A stretch of DNA of 64,000 nucleotides from Octopus vulgaris (Eukaryota): positions 1,426,001 through 1,490,000 of the forward strand of contig OX597815.1 in NCBI GenBank assembly GCA_951406725.2. Direction: 5' to 3'. Positions 62,200-64,000 of this stretch are shown here, in pieces (within the stretch, counting starts at the first letter, position 1; every line of letters begins with the position of its first letter). Below the pieces are notes generated by a model. The model was not told the DNA's origin. It saw only the letters and a list, made by a program, of their open reading frames with translations, and searched no databases. Both the position numbers and the translations under genes were made by a program.

Positions 62200-64000
62200 A
62201 CAGTGAATGATTGACTAATGAATGAAGAATAAGCAAACAGAGAAACCTCCAAAGCTAGAAATAGCCACCGAATATTCCTCAAAATGAGTCCTGCTGTTTT
62301 AAAAAGAACACAATGGACAATGTAATTCCTGAAATACAAAAAGTTGGGATGGTCATGGTTGGAAAGCTTTGATTATGGGTCAACAGTATCAAGGATTACC
62401 TTGAGGTTAAACAATATGGAAGGTTAATGGAAAAGTCCATTTGTGAAGAGACATCGACAGAGTTCAGAGCCAAAGACGAGTGCCATCTTGGAATTGGTTG
62501 CAGGAATGTGTTGCACTGAAGGTCAACAGGACCATGACCAGAGGGGTTCCCTCCATGACCATTCCGTTTTTCTCTAGGCTAATATATCTACAACTACATC
62601 ATTAAGCAACGCATCCTGCTTTTATACACTCATACACAATCACAGATATACACACACATATATATATATACAGTCACAAATATACACTTACACTTTATGG
62701 CGTTAGGAAGGGCATCCAGCCGTAGAAACATTGCCAGATAAGACTGGAGCCTGGTGCAGCCTCCTGGCTTCCCAGACCCCGGTCGAACCGTCCAACCCAT
62801 GCAAACATGGAGAACGGACGTTAAACGATGATGATGATGATGATGATGACATATACACACACACACTCTTGCAGGAACATCTAACTGCTATTATTAGCAG
62901 GTTTTTGCAACCACATGATGTCACCTCTGTTGGCTCACAACGATGTAAAGAGACAGGAGGCAGACTGATGCAGAGTTTGGGCTAAAAAAAATAGGTGACT
63001 TTTTAACGGTGAAGACATTTAACCATTTTCATATTTCTAAAGAGGAAACCATTTTAATGAGACACAAAAGGAATGGAGTCCTGGATACAAAGACAGGATG
63101 GTCATGGCTGAAAAGCTTTTGATCCCACGTTTGCTCAGTCAGGGTGGACTTGCAATTAAACAACAACACAAACCTATCAGAGCAGTGGTTCTCAAACTTC
63201 TCCAAAAATTTCACGTGCCAGGCCCCCTTTTAGTTTTTTCAATGATCCGTGGTCCCCTATAAAACACAGAACTTTATATAACAGGGAAAAAATGACATAC
63301 ATTCATCAACATCAATGTTTAATGTCCGCTGCCATGGGTTGGATGTTTTGACTGTGGGCTGGCGAACCAGATGGCTGCACCAGACTCCAATCTGATCTGG
63401 CAAGGTTTCTGCAGCTGGATGCCCTTCCTAACGCCAACCACTCTGAGAGTGTAATGGGTTCTTTTACGTTCCACTGGCACTGGCATCAGCCATGTTTGGA
63501 TGGTGCTTTTTATGTGCCACCAGCACAGGAGCCAGTTGGGGTGGGGATGCTGGCATTGACCATGTTTGGGTGGTGCATTTTAAGTGGCACCTGCACTAAC
63601 AGGGTCACCAAGTACTTGCAAGACAAAAAAATCTTTTGATAGGGGAGGAGGCATTGGAGGAGGTGATCCAATGTCAGATGATGAAAGGTTATAGTGAAAC
63701 AGAGACAGAAACAGGTGTCTTTCTGTAGAGGAGGCACAAGATTACCTGGCCAGAGAGAGAGATCAGGAATGAGGGCAGAAACAGGTGTGCTGCCACAAAG
63801 GAGATACATAGTTACTCAACATGAGGGAAGTGCAGAAGAAGAGAGAGAGTGGAAGACAGCAGGATAGAGGTGGTGGCAAAGTGCCAGGCATATTCACAAG
63901 GGACAGGGATCAGAATATAAATGGGGATGTAAAGGCAGAAAAAGATATGGATAGTGGCAAGTACCAGGGCAGAACCTCGAGGTTTAATAGTCATATATAT

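Noticed and set aside
51512-64000. Promoter or first non-coding exon of the LITAF-like gene
   Set aside because: The acceptor at 51512 implies an upstream exon, but none could be located with confidence; it may lie outside the window

Overview
AT-rich, microsatellite-dense animal genomic DNA. The repeat families (tRNA-derived SINEs, RTE-LINE 3' ends with (GAT)n tails) suggest an octopus or other coleoid cephalopod, which is an inference. One protein-coding gene is supported: a minus-strand LITAF/CDIP1-family gene with 7 coding exons (51483 to 27699, 555 nt, 184 aa). Its Pro-rich N-terminal arm includes four symmetric phase-1 microexons (30, 33, 18 and 27 nt) that the ORF track misses. Three of them have downstream Nova-like YCAY clusters or Rbfox-like UGCAUG motifs. 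The rest is repeat-derived: a 5.8-kb non-autonomous Helitron that splits a SINE and carries a ~3-kb (CAC)n-type array bracketed by inverted repeats, RTE and CR1/L2-like LINE 3' ends, mariner remnants, piggyBac-like MITEs, a 44-bp minisatellite, many long fold-back hairpins and a few degenerate hammerhead-like motifs. Nearly all long ORFs in the track are low-complexity artefacts. There is no CRISPR array, rRNA or genuine tRNA. All analysis was by eye and repeat boundaries are approximate.
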